Virus record (IMG/VR): IMGVR_UViG_3300028883_000041
Span: 1-64,000 of that record
Length of the DNA: 64,000 nucleotides
Strand: one strand, 5' to 3'
Source: a virus
The notes under the pieces were generated by a model. The model saw only the letters and a list, made by a program, of their open reading frames with translations, had not been told where the DNA came from and made no database searches. Position numbers and translations under genes: made by a program. Positions 1 to 10,278 of the stretch are shown here, piece by piece. Within the stretch, counting starts at the first letter, position 1. Each line of letters opens with the position of its first letter.

Positions 1-262
1 AAATATCATATCCGTCTTCAAGATTTTGGCTGAAGGTGATAACTTTGGGGAAATCGATTTTGATGTTTTGGTCTAACTCTTCTCCACACTTGACACAAAT
101 GAGAATGTTGTATGTGTGATAATAATCTTCTAAATCTCCATCTTCATCTGGATACTTCTGTTTGAACCCTTCATAAGCTTCTTTGGGTTCGTGCCAGAGC
201 CACCTAAAAGGTGTTTCTTCCTCACAAGTCTCACAATAATATAATCCTTCTGCTTCAATCAA
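1..262 (-). CDS. Zn-finger hypothetical protein (partial, runs off window start)
   Basis: Manual translation from TTG at 262: IEAEGLYYCETCEEE...ILICVKCGEEL; two CxxC pairs; overlaps the stop of the 255-863 ORF. Confidence 0.65.
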   Translation of the reverse strand, partial: MIEAEGLYYCETCEEETPFRWLWHEPKEAYEGFKQKYPDEDGDLEDYYHTYNILICVKCGEELDQNIKIDFPKVITFSQNLEDGYDI

Positions 263-863
263 CTGTATCAGCCTCACATTCTGCACAAACTTCTATCAAT
301 CCCTCAACACTGTCGATTACTGAAAGGTCTTTGATAGGGTTGAAAACTCTAATACCACATCTTTCACAAGTGCAACAAGTCTCACAATAATTATGTTGTG
401 GGTAAATCCATCTGTGGTGATTGAAATAATTAACAGAGAATGAAGAACCGCACTTATTACAAGTGATAAGTTCGTTGAAATCCCAATCAACCCAGAGGAC
501 AACTTTCTGTTCCATAAAAGCGTTAAAGGATTTCTCTTCCTCATCTATCCTTCTCTCAAATTCTTTACAGTGTGGAAAATCATCTTGAGTGAGTATATCG
601 ATGTCGAAGTAACATACTCGTTGTTGTAACTTCAATTCTCCTTTGTGTATTGTTGCTTTGTATTCGTAATTGAATTTTGCAAAGAATTGGTTCATTAGGT
701 TTCTATCAGTAGCACTGTATCCATTGAAGAACAAGACTTTTCTCTGGGTATGATTGACAAAGAGAATGTTAGTATCAAAGTGTCTGATGGTGATAAAAAT
801 ATCATTCAGTTCGTCAAACATTGGACTACCAGAGATGAGGACTTTAGCGTCTTTCTTACTCAT
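255..863 (-). CDS. Hypothetical protein with Cys-rich C-terminal Zn-binding region
   Basis: CNKC, CETCCTCERC and CAEC motifs; co-oriented, tightly packed. Confidence 0.75.
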   Translation of the reverse strand: MSKKDAKVLISGSPMFDELNDIFITIRHFDTNILFVNHTQRKVLFFNGYSATDRNLMNQFFAKFNYEYKATIHKGELKLQQRVCYFDIDILTQDDFPHCKEFERRIDEEEKSFNAFMEQKVVLWVDWDFNELITCNKCGSSFSVNYFNHHRWIYPQHNYCETCCTCERCGIRVFNPIKDLSVIDSVEGLIEVCAECEADTVD

Positions 864-869
864 TTGCTA

Positions 870-1718
870 TCAACAATCCTCAAAGAAAGCATAGTTAGGG
901 AGTTCAATATTACGTTCTCTCATCAATTCACCTAACTTCTCAAAGTGTTCGTACCAATCAAAATCTTCGTATTGGTGTAAGAGATTAAACCAAGCCTTAA
1001 TGAATGCTCTTCTTTGTTTCTCTGTATAATCATAACGGAATAATTCCATTATCTTCATAGCTACCCAAGTGCTGTGGTTCTCATCAAATCTCGAAGGAGA
1101 TGAAAACACTAACTGTAATCCAAAACTGAAATCTCCATCACATTTGAATAATTCCTCATAATCTTCTCTCTTGATAAAGAAATGAGTAGGTTCTAACCAA
1201 GTCTCTCCTTTCTCATCTTTGAACATCCACTCTTCTTTTTTGCTGATGTCTATCGAAGGATAAGCTCTGCGATACATCTCTTTCAATCTCCATTCAGCCA
1301 AACCGTAATGAGCTTCAAGATTTTCTTGTCTGTGTTCGTAAATGTCTGGTTTGATTTCAATCTCATCAAGAATGATATTATATCTTGTGTGATGTTTCTC
1401 TTCAGCTACTGAAGCAGAGAGATAAGCGTACCCTCTACCATAAGCAGAGGACTTAAGGTTGCTTCCATCTTTGAAGTAAGTCTTGAGCCAACAACCAAAA
1501 GAGACACCACTTAACATAAATCCTATGTTGCCTTTTTTGTTGTAATGCTCTGGTTCAAAGGAAATGACTTTGATATGCATATTACTTGCTGGTTCTATCA
1601 GTTCAGTTCCATTCAATTCTTTGAAGTTCTCTACTGAAATATCTTCAATTGCTAAAACGTCTCCTATCTTCATTTGGAAGTTTCGGATGACTTTCAGTTG
1701 TTCTGTTTCGTTTGACAT
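870..1718 (-). CDS. Hypothetical protein
   Basis: 282-aa ORF with a TATA box about 25 bp upstream of the ATG. Confidence 0.8.
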   Translation of the reverse strand: MSNETEQLKVIRNFQMKIGDVLAIEDISVENFKELNGTELIEPASNMHIKVISFEPEHYNKKGNIGFMLSGVSFGCWLKTYFKDGSNLKSSAYGRGYAYLSASVAEEKHHTRYNIILDEIEIKPDIYEHRQENLEAHYGLAEWRLKEMYRRAYPSIDISKKEEWMFKDEKGETWLEPTHFFIKREDYEELFKCDGDFSFGLQLVFSSPSRFDENHSTWVAMKIMELFRYDYTEKQRRAFIKAWFNLLHQYEDFDWYEHFEKLGELMRERNIELPNYAFFEDC

Positions 1719-1741
1719 AGTATGATACTTTTCTCAAGTTG

Positions 1742-1754
1742 ATTTATAAAGGTT
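1742..1754 (-). promoter_or_regulatory. Archaeal TATA-box promoter, leaderless transcript
   Basis: Minus strand AACCTTTATAAAT about 25 nt before ATG at 1718. Confidence 0.65.
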
Positions 1755-1814
1755 AGTAATATCTCGCTGATAGTCGCTGGATGTCGCTACCTTTATATAG
1801 GTAAAAAATAATTA

Positions 1815-1900
1815 TATCTTGAGACCAAAACTGATATTGTTTCGTTTAACAATTTGGGAGTAATTGGTCTCAACTCCCACCTCAAACATTTTTCTTTTAT
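1815..1900. ncRNA. Candidate structured small RNA
   Basis: 10-bp inverted repeat TTGAGACCAA (1819-1828)/TTGGTCTCAA (1864-1873), inner ATTGTT/AACAAT hairpin, GGGAG/CTCCC pair; TTTATATA upstream and T-tract downstream on the + strand. Confidence 0.4.
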
Positions 1901-1936
1901 TATAGGATGTAGGATGTTGGATGGAAAAAAATAGCC

Positions 1937-2137
1937 TCATCGAAGAGGCTCTAATGGTTTATCACCTTGTATTGCTTCTATACAGACAATACAATATTTA
2001 CCTATACCATTAACACATTTCTGGCAGTAGATTTGGGAACATACTGGACAGCGATACATCTGTGTTATAGGAACATAGTTAAAACAGTTTTGACACTGAT
2101 AGGTCTCTTCTTCTGGTTTGCCGATTATGTCAGTCAT
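1937..2137 (-). CDS. Small multi-CxxC Zn-finger protein
   Basis: CQNC, CPVC, CQKC, CIVC. Confidence 0.75.
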   Translation of the reverse strand: MTDIIGKPEEETYQCQNCFNYVPITQMYRCPVCSQIYCQKCVNGIGKYCIVCIEAIQGDKPLEPLR

Positions 2138-2657
2138 TATGTTCTATCTCTTCATATTTACTCATAAGCATTTCTATAATTTGCTCATCCCAATCGTGAT
2201 AATTGAACACATCAAATTGGTTCTGGGTATATTCTTTTGCTATCCTTACCACAAACAGAGCATTGGCTAACTTATCTTCATTGTTCAAACAGTTGTTACA
2301 GACATAAGCAACTTGCTTTCCTACTGTTCTGTTCTCAACTCTCTTATCGAGACAAACATTACAACAAATCTCTGTCCAACCAAAAGTTTTGAAATAAACT
2401 CTTTGACCTTTAACTGTTGGTACCCAACTGCCTTTTTTATCTTCTGCTGACCATTTAATCGAGTTTTTACAGCTGTTACAGAAGTAGAAAATAGTGTAGA
2501 TTTTAGTTCCATCATTGACATTAGTAATAACCAACTGAGCCTCATGTTTAGCTGGTTTCTTACACTTATGACAAGGTGGAATTGAGGAGGTGAGGTAAGA
2601 CCTCACTAACTCTCTCATTTCTTCAACGGATAAATCAAAGTCATCTTTAGTAATCAT
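2130..2657 (-). CDS. Zn-finger hypothetical protein
   Basis: Four CxxC pairs; overlapping start/stop with neighbours. Confidence 0.75.
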   Translation of the reverse strand: MITKDDFDLSVEEMRELVRSYLTSSIPPCHKCKKPAKHEAQLVITNVNDGTKIYTIFYFCNSCKNSIKWSAEDKKGSWVPTVKGQRVYFKTFGWTEICCNVCLDKRVENRTVGKQVAYVCNNCLNNEDKLANALFVVRIAKEYTQNQFDVFNYHDWDEQIIEMLMSKYEEIEHND

Positions 2658-2957
2658 GAGAACACACCTACTAAAGTAACGAAAACCAGAAAACAGACAG
2701 AAAGTGTAGCAATGAATATAGTCATTCCTCTTACAGTTGCTTCGAGTTTTCTAACTCTTTCTTTCAATTCAATATAGTCTGGAGATATCGAGAATATTGC
2801 TTTCTTAATCATTACTCATCATCCTCTTCAATCAGTTCTACTTTACCGAACCAGATATCAACAAGACTTGAATAGGTATCACTGATTTGTTCGAGAACTA
2901 TCTTTAAATCCTCTCTATCTAAATCTGTATGGACTTCTACATTATAGACTTTCATTG

Positions 2958-5152
2958 TTACACCTCCTCAAGTTTATGGTATTGAAAAAGACTTTTCATA
3001 TCAAAATCTACATCAGTAACATTAGAAGTATATTCCATTTTAAATGGTTTGGTTAAGGCTTTCCCACACCACATACATTCAAAATGAACATCAAATACAA
3101 CCTTTAATGGACTGAATTCTTTTATTCTGATATCATGTAATGCTACATGTTTTCCATACTCATTATGTTTTTTCGGACAGCTGTCTTGTATCTCTTTCCA
3201 ACTCATTATCTTATCCCATCCTCTCTGATGTTGAAACCTTCCATTTCTTGAATAAGGTCTTCAATAGCTATCTTGGTTTCTTTAGAAATCTCGATTGAAG
3301 CGACTGGTATCTCTTCTCTTCTTTTCAGTTCATTAAAGAATGGTAGATAGTCTATTCGATAAATCCTCATAACATATTTGTCTCCTTTCCAACTCATTTG
3401 TCTTCATCTCCATTTTTAACCAAGTAATCTGGGAACTTCTTTAATTCATTATATAATCTTCTTGACATACTCATAATCTCTGATTTAGTTGTAGTCAAAT
3501 CTTTGGGAGTAAATTGGTCTCCATACTTGTCTCCATACTTCTCTTCAATGGCTCTCATCATGCTGGTTTCAAAGTCATCTTGGTCGAGCACAAACCACTG
3601 ATGAGGAACAGATACAATCTTCTCAATGATTATAACTCCACAAGCTTGACACTCATGGAAATGATACCATCCATTGATATTGTCTTCTGTCTTGATAGAG
3701 TTTTCTTTATACTTACAAACTGGACATTGTAACATTATTCTAAATCCTCCTCTTCATATTCTCTGATGAGTTCTCTTGCTTTCTCTTCAGTTATCTCAAC
3801 TTCAAGTAAGTGACTAACAGTAATCATACCGTTCTTCCTCTTGGTTGTTTTTCTGATTTCAAGAATGAAGTGTCTTTCATGGGTACTCATTCTTCTTCAC
3901 CATCCTCTAATATAGCTTCTTGTAGAATTTTCTGTAATCTGTTATATGTCTTTTCATCAATCTTGTAATACCTCTCATTACAAGTAGTCTGATTAGTCCA
4001 GTCTAAATTAGCTGTTGAAATAAGGAATTCCCATTTTCCTTTGTTCCTATATCTCATTATCTGAATTGTCTCATCTTCAATCATTCTTCATACACCTTTT
4101 CTATATATTCAATATATACATTATTCATATCAAACTCAACAGTCTCTATGAATTTTTCATCCTCATAATCATTGAACTCTATCATCTCATAGATACCTTC
4201 ATCTATGTAATAATCTTCTGAGTTCAAATCCATATGAGCCAATACTACTGTGTCTTCAATAAAGTCATCTGGAACTTCAAACATTGCAGACATCTTTCTT
4301 GTCACAGTCTCATTCCATACTATTTTTACTTTTTTCATTGTGTTTTTCCTCCAAAATTTTTCTCTTTGCTTCGACTATATTATCGGTCAAAGCGATTGTG
4401 CCACTGCTGACAAATCTTTTGATAAATCGGTGTAGAGCATTAGCCAACTCTTGTTTAGTTTCACTATACTCTATCTTCAAATCGTTCAAGTATTGAGCCA
4501 CATTTCTCTCATCATTATCGAGAGCTAACATTGGCTCTCCATCAAGCCACTGGTATCTGAGTGTCATTCTTCTTCCTCCAATTCAAGTTCTTCAAGTTCA
4601 AGTTCATAATCAAAAAGAGCTGAACAGTAATAAGTTACTGATTTCATCAGTCTATCGAACTCATAATCTTCTAACCAGACACCACGAAGGAAAGGCATTG
4701 TTTTAAGGGTTCTCTTTTCTGCTGTTTGTAGAATACCCTTCAATTCTTTCTCATAAGCATGAATTTTTTCAAAAGCACGAGAGGATTGAAGTTTTCTCTT
4801 TATCTCTTCTTTGGTTAATTTCTTATAAGTCATATCAGTCATCATCCATCATCTCCTCTATTCCGAAATCTTCATGGTGGTTATAGACATAGTTTTCTAT
4901 GTAAGCCCAGATAGTTCTCTTATCTTCATTGTTTGATTGTTTAAACAATGTAGCAACAAACTCTCTGGCTGGAATTCTGGTTCGAATTCTCTCACCTATC
5001 CAAGAGGTTACTTCAACAATGAAATAATCCTTCTTCTTAAGCCAGTGTGTTTCGAATTGGTCTTCAACAAATTGTATAGCACTTATTCCATGCTCACCTT
5101 CTTTGTGGTCTTGGTCAATGTTTCTGATTGTCATTGGTTTCTTATCTATCAT
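2958..5152 (-). other. Run of small co-oriented early ORFs (2958-3206, 3206-3397, 3394-3735, 3887-4084, 4081-4338, 4310-4567, 4564-4845, 4835-5152)
   Basis: 60-115 aa ORFs with ATGA-type overlaps and GGAG/GAGG Shine-Dalgarno-like motifs; no function recognised. Confidence 0.7.
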
Positions 5153-5589
5153 TGTATCAGTTCTCCTTTAGCTTTAGCGTTCAAGAACAACCACATCTCG
5201 TAGCTGTATAGGTAATGTTCCCTAACATAGTTTGGGAGTTCTATATCAACCTCTCCTAATGGGATTGGTAATTCCTCACCTAATTCTTCATTATACTTGA
5301 AGACTAATAGGTCATCTCTGATTGAGTTACCCCAACCATCTCTTTCTTCTCTGAATAGTTGAAGCATGTAAGAATAATATCCTCCATAAGTATCATCAAG
5401 TCTATCAATCCAAGAAATGATTTCTTTGAATTCATCTGACCTCATATACTCTTCAACATCTGATACTGTGTAGTTATCTGTGTCTTTATCCTTATCCCAG
5501 AGGAAAGTTTCCCAGAACCTATCGATAGTGTCACCCAATTCACTTACTTTAAGGTATCCGAGCATGTGGAATACTACTTCATCGGTCAT
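5149..5589 (-). CDS. Acidic hypothetical protein
   Basis: D/E-rich 146-aa ORF coupled to the upstream Ocr-like gene. Confidence 0.7.
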   Translation of the reverse strand: MTDEVVFHMLGYLKVSELGDTIDRFWETFLWDKDKDTDNYTVSDVEEYMRSDEFKEIISWIDRLDDTYGGYYSYMLQLFREERDGWGNSIRDDLLVFKYNEELGEELPIPLGEVDIELPNYVREHYLYSYEMWLFLNAKAKGELIQ

Positions 5590-6149
5590 AATTTATCATC
5601 TATCCTTTCCCATAGGTTCAAGAGAATGGTTCTGCCAATCTCATATATCTCTGTCATAGCATAAAGTTGTGCTATCTGTAATCTTTGAAAAGCATCAACT
5701 TGTGGATAGCGATATTGTTCTAATGCTTCATCCATTATTGCTGGGTTATCTATTCTACTTGCATACCACTGTAGCAATTGACCAGTGTATAGGTCTGGTT
5801 CTAATTCAGAGATTATCTCATCATGCATATTATCTATCTCTTCTCTATCTAACTCTTCCCATTCTCTCAAATTCCACTCATTGTAGAGCCATTGAGATTG
5901 GAAAGATTGTAAATAGAAATACATCCATTCATAGTGATAATCATAGACTTCAAAACCTCTTGCAAACAGAGTGTTTCTCATACTGTCATCCCAGAAGTTA
6001 TCCAGAATGCTCTGTAGATACTCGTCATCAAAGAAATACAGTCTCTTCTTATCTCTATAAGGAGGGAACTCTCTCATTTCTGACTTCATTGCCTTCTGAA
6101 GAAACTCTCCAAAGGCTTGATTTTTTTGTAATCCGTTGTTGTCGGTCAT
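5586..6149 (-). CDS. Ocr-like acidic DNA-mimic (putative anti-restriction) protein
   Basis: IDNMHDEIISELEPDLYTGQLLQWYAS resembles T7 Ocr [28 protein letters not shown]; strongly acidic; own promoter. Confidence 0.5.
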   Translation of the reverse strand: MTDNNGLQKNQAFGEFLQKAMKSEMREFPPYRDKKRLYFFDDEYLQSILDNFWDDSMRNTLFARGFEVYDYHYEWMYFYLQSFQSQWLYNEWNLREWEELDREEIDNMHDEIISELEPDLYTGQLLQWYASRIDNPAIMDEALEQYRYPQVDAFQRLQIAQLYAMTEIYEIGRTILLNLWERIDDKL

Positions 6150-6168
6150 TTTTGTTCAAGATACCATT

Positions 6169-6233
6169 TTGTAACACAGTATTTAAACCTTTCGGAAAAG
6201 TCGAAACATTTATATATCACATTGTAACACAGT
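6169..6233. promoter_or_regulatory. Divergent BRE/TATA promoters with direct-repeat operators
   Basis: Minus CCGAAAGGTTTAAATA (6180-6195); plus CGAAACATTTATATA (about 6202-6216); TTGTAACACAGT at 6169-6180 and 6222-6233. Confidence 0.7.
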
Positions 6234-6239
6234 TTCAAT

Positions 6240-6377
6240 ATGAAAAACAAAGCCAAATGTCAAAAGTGTGGTAGTAAAACCTTCCATATTTTCAAGAAGC
6301 AACATAAATCAGAGCTCTTTTTATCTCTTGATGTTATATGCTCTCAATGTGGAGAACGTTGGTATGATAAAAAATAA
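6240..6377 (+). CDS. 45-aa TFS/TFIIS-like zinc ribbon lacking the catalytic DE pair (not in ORF track)
   Basis: MKNKAKCQKCGSKTFHIFKKQHKSELFLSLDVICSQCGERWYDKK; own promoter and terminator. Confidence 0.7.
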   Translation: MKNKAKCQKCGSKTFHIFKKQHKSELFLSLDVICSQCGERWYDKK

Positions 6378-6383
6378 GATGTA

Positions 6384-6411
6384 AGATGGGAGACCATCTC
6401 ACTTTTCTTTT
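6384..6411 (+). terminator. Hairpin with GAGA tetraloop followed by T-tract
   Basis: AGATGG-GAGA-CCATCT then CACTTTTCTTTT, between convergent genes. Confidence 0.55.
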
Positions 6412-7932
6412 AACAGTTTTCTATTTCTATTTCTATTTGCTCCCAATCTTGAGCAGATAGTTGTTCAGCACAGCTACCATCTATAGCAAAGTTAATGAGA
6501 TTAGAAGCACTTGTTATCAGATTATAAATATTAGCCTTCAGTGGATAGTCTTTACATTCTGATAGTCTCTCTAATGCTATACAGAGTATCATTTCGTTCT
6601 TACAATCCATATATATTCAGTCCTCCTTTATCTGTTTATAGATTTTAGAAGCGAGTTTCCCAAAACCTAATGACATACAAAAGTTATCACTACAAGTCAA
6701 ACACTCTGGGTACATTTCATCTCCAGCAAAATGGTAGAATGCTGGGTTAGTTTTACAGAACTCACATACTGGTCTCTCATCCCAGTCTCTACCTACATCA
6801 TGTATCTCATAATGTTGGTCGAATTCCTCATCCCATCCAGCTACATCATGTTTAGAACTATATTTGTATATTCCCATATCATTCCTCTCCATAGTAATGT
6901 CTGATAGCTTCATTGACAAACTCATCATAGCTATCATATATCCATCCAAATTCTAATCCCAGAAAGTAATCGAATATATAATCTATTAGGTCATTGAATT
7001 CTCTATCGTCCATAGTTCTATTAGTTCTGTCACAGAATTGTTCTACACAACACTCGACATCTCCTCTGTTCCAGTAGCCTCCAAGTATCTGACCTATGTG
7101 ATATGATTTCTTTTTCTGCCTACTAAAGAGCAATTCTAACAGTTCTTTCTGTTCAAATGCATCCAATCTATCGAACCTATTGAATAACTCCTCTCTAATC
7201 TGCTCTTTGGGTGGTTCTTCTAACATCTTCAGTCTCTTGTCTATCCACTTATAAGTTGCTCTGGTCATTCTACAGAGAACACCAACATTATCTTCCATGA
7301 TATTCTCTACATCATGTATCATAACAAGAGAGGTAGGAGTTAGTTTATCTCTGTTCATACACCCACATCCTCAAAGTAGAACACGATTGTAGCATCATAG
7401 GTTATTTCGGCTGGGTTTGACTGGGAAGAGGTAATAAGAAAGGCACTTAAGATTAGACCGTTCTCATGAGAGTACTTCTTTAAGTCAGTAATCAAACTCA
7501 AGACATCAAAGTATAGATGCTCATTAACATCTCTGGTGATAAACATATCAAATCTTTGTGTGTTCTCATATCTTGTAAAGGTCTCCTTATCAGTGTTCCA
7601 AGAGTTGTCTTGGATTAGTTGTATGAGTTCCAGTTTCATTGTATAGGTTAGCATCCTCATATCAATTCCTCCACTACGAAAGATAGATATCCAGTATATT
7701 CATCAACCCATGCTTTGTCACCAAAACCATAGATAATACAGTCACCAGAGGCATTTTCTAAATCACTCATAATGTCTTCTAAAGCTCCATTACCTTTTGC
7801 ATAATGAAACCGTTCTGACATCTTTGATTTCCAATCAACTGGAAGTTGTTCTCTGATATCTTCCCAAGATAGAGCACACCATTGAGTTGTGTTCAATACT
7901 AATGTAACATCAGTTGCTAATTTTATTCCCAT
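6410..7932 (-). other. Small early ORFs (6410-6610, 6617-about 6892, 6879-7358, 7355-7660, 7657-7932)
   Basis: Co-oriented overlapping ORFs; the 6617 ORF has CEFC/CLTCSDNFC Zn ligands. Confidence 0.7.
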
Positions 7933-8384
7933 GCTGTAGCCTCCTTATAGTTATCACAGTTAAGAGTAAATCTTTGTAATGTTCCTTTTATCAAATCTTC
8001 TATGGTTATAGTCCATTTAACATCTTTATCATTAGTCATGAAGGTCATAGGTAGTTCAATTTCTATAGTGTAGAGCCATTTACTATCTCCAGCTTGGTCA
8101 TAGTCAATACTGTAATCACTCCACAACTCACTTTTTCCTACAATAATCATCTCACCAGTTCTGTAATCCCATTCTTTTTCTATTGAAGTATTATAGACAA
8201 TGAAAGCTGTAGCAATTTTATATCCATAGGTCATCCAATGATAATGAGGGTTCTTTTCTTCCATCATAGTCTGGAATAAGTGTCTAATGTCTGGAACAAC
8301 AGCTGATGGATAACCATCACAGTGTTTGTATAACCAGAGAACGTTTTTACCACTTACAATCTTGATATTTGCTCTTGTTCCCAT
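7923..8384 (-). CDS. Conserved phage early protein of unknown function (MGTR...YxHxDGYP type)
   Basis: N-terminal MGTRANI...LYKHCDGYP signature, which I recognise from many phage early regions. Confidence 0.7.
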   Translation of the reverse strand: MGTRANIKIVSGKNVLWLYKHCDGYPSAVVPDIRHLFQTMMEEKNPHYHWMTYGYKIATAFIVYNTSIEKEWDYRTGEMIIVGKSELWSDYSIDYDQAGDSKWLYTIEIELPMTFMTNDKDVKWTITIEDLIKGTLQRFTLNCDNYKEATAWE

Positions 8385-8833
8385 TATTGATTAGCCTCCT
8401 TAAAGACTGTCTCTTGGACGAAGTTAAGAGCTTCTTGTAACTCTTGTGTATCAGCATTCATCTTATCTTTGATTGCTTTGATGATTACATCAAGGTTCTT
8501 TGATAAGAATAGAATGTCATCTCTGGATAGTTTGTTATCTAATGGGTTAATGTTCTTCCATGCATCGTAGTCAAGAGTAATCTTGGTATCAGCGAAATAC
8601 CAGTCAGTAACATAGGTTAGAGGGTCTAATTTCTTGGCTATTCTATAGTGGTGTTGAGGGTAGTAATTTTGTTCAGATTTAGGTTTAAAATGAATGAAGA
8701 ACCCAACTGGGATTACTTCATCTAACCACTTAAAGACCTTCTGAAGAGTATCATAGAGTTGTTTGGTCATATAGTCTCGACCTTCAGTTGCTTTTCTCAA
8801 CCTTCTTAACTCTTCTTTAGTCAGTACGGTCAT
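8384..8833 (-). CDS. Hypothetical protein
   Basis: Probable start at MTVLTKEEL, overlapping the end of the upstream gene. Confidence 0.65.
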   Translation of the reverse strand: MTVLTKEELRRLRKATEGRDYMTKQLYDTLQKVFKWLDEVIPVGFFIHFKPKSEQNYYPQHHYRIAKKLDPLTYVTDWYFADTKITLDYDAWKNINPLDNKLSRDDILFLSKNLDVIIKAIKDKMNADTQELQEALNFVQETVFKEANQ

Positions 8834-9674
8834 CTTTCTTTTCACCTCTTGTCTTTTCGTAGATATCAATAACCCACTTACTCGCATATTGATAGATTTT
8901 GTATTCGAAGTATTTATCTGGGAGTTTGTTCTTTATGAATATCTCTGTTGCTTCTGCTCCAAAGAAACCCATCAATTCATCGATATCTAATAGTTCTATC
9001 TTAATCAGACTGTTGAAATTAACAGTTACAGACCACATGTTATCAACAATGTGAGCTGGTGAAAATCCGATTACGAATTCCTTATCATACTTCTCTTTCA
9101 TGATTGTATGAGCCTTTTCTAAAGCCAACATGATAACTTCTTTCCTATCTACTTCTGGTGGTTTAGGTTCAGTTATACCGAGTTTGAGTTCTAATGATGC
9201 TAACTTTTCGAGTTTTAAAAGTCTTGCATATATGTCTTGAACCTCATCGTTCAAATCATCAATAGTGCTTTCAGTTCCATCAATCTTATCTGATAGTTCA
9301 GATAGGTCATCATTAGTAACAAAGTTTTCATAGTCAAAGTCATCTGTGGTATAGATATCATGATTACTGATTATAGAATACCAATCAAGGTTACTTATAG
9401 CTTCATCTACATCTCCTTGAATTCTATCATCTACAACATCATTGACTAAATCATCAATTCTTCCAGTTTGAATGACGTCTTCTATCCCTTGTTCTACATC
9501 TATCTCATCAAATATCTCGTTTTTGAGTTCTTTGATTAGAGCATCAAAACTTTGTCTGGCATCAACTGGAATAAGGTCTCGTATTTTCATATAGACTGGA
9601 GTATAATTTTTAGATAATTGTTCATCAGAACCGTTCATTGCTCTCCACCACATACTCTTCGATTGAACTACCAT
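8817..9674 (-). CDS. Acidic coiled-coil hypothetical protein
   Basis: Asp-rich helical N-half with heptad pattern (LSELSDKIDGTESTIDDLNDEVQDIYARL). Confidence 0.75.
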   Translation of the reverse strand: MVVQSKSMWWRAMNGSDEQLSKNYTPVYMKIRDLIPVDARQSFDALIKELKNEIFDEIDVEQGIEDVIQTGRIDDLVNDVVDDRIQGDVDEAISNLDWYSIISNHDIYTTDDFDYENFVTNDDLSELSDKIDGTESTIDDLNDEVQDIYARLLKLEKLASLELKLGITEPKPPEVDRKEVIMLALEKAHTIMKEKYDKEFVIGFSPAHIVDNMWSVTVNFNSLIKIELLDIDELMGFFGAEATEIFIKNKLPDKYFEYKIYQYASKWVIDIYEKTRGEKKDDRTD

Positions 9675-9879
9675 GATAGTAGTTTAAAGCCATCTCAACA
9701 AAATCGTTGATAGTCACCTCAATGTAAAGTCTTAATTTACAATGAGTGCATTCTACTGTAGCCCATAGAGAGCCATAGCAGAAATATTCGTTTGCTGGGG
9801 TTACTTGAACCCAGTCATGAGCTCCAGCATCTTCACATTCTTGCTGGGCTTTGGTCAGTTTGGTCATTTGTGTCGCCAT
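9625..9879 (-). CDS. Small Zn-binding protein, first gene of the leftward early operon
   Basis: Start reassigned to MATQMTK (9879) because a TATA box lies 22-35 nt upstream; C..H..CxxC ligands. Confidence 0.7.
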   Translation of the reverse strand: MATQMTKLTKAQQECEDAGAHDWVQVTPANEYFCYGSLWATVECTHCKLRLYIEVTINDFVEMALNYYHGSSIEEYVVESNERF

Positions 9880-9915
9880 GTAATACAATATGGAGGGGGT
9901 GTTTATAAACCTTTT
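9880..9915 (-). promoter_or_regulatory. BRE/TATA promoter with operator-like motif
   Basis: AAAAGGTTTATAAAC followed by CCATATTGTATTAC immediately before the ATG. Confidence 0.7.
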
Positions 9916-10023
9916 GCTTTTTACACCGAGCCATACCAAATTTACACCATTTTTGATATACTGGAGTTAAATTAGAAGCGTTCTAACCGCAATCTTTAAA
10001 TGTTTCGAAGGTTTTGATAATAC

Positions 10024-10278
10024 ATGAAGTGTCGCTATGTAGAATTCGAAAGATTATCGGAAGTTTTTCGAGAACATCGAGATGATGTGAAGCCATATGT
10101 AGAGTTTAGAGATATTAAAGAGGTGGAGAGCTTCTTGTATGAATGTCTTAATGAAGAAGAAGACATCCATTTCTTTTCTCTCTATGGTCAATTAGCAGTG
10201 ACAACATATCCAAGAGAATTGAAAGAGATAATGATTGATATCATCACAGAATTTAGGAGGTTTGCTAATGCAAGTTGA
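10024..10278 (+). CDS. Hypothetical protein
   Basis: TTTAAA about 25 nt upstream; first gene of the rightward block. Confidence 0.7.
   Translation: MKCRYVEFERLSEVFREHRDDVKPYVEFRDIKEVESFLYECLNEEEDIHFFSLYGQLAVTTYPRELKEIMIDIITEFRRFANAS

Noticed and set aside
1763-1923. Possible mini-CRISPR array or hammerhead ribozyme
   Set aside because: Repeats are only 5-10 bp with no spacers; CTGATA lacks the full CUGANGA/GAAA core
5669-6274. 201-aa + strand ORF; similarly 20719-21135, 29517-29834, 31020-31400 and 50289-50924
   Set aside because: Fully antisense to well-supported genes, atypical composition, no promoter or SD
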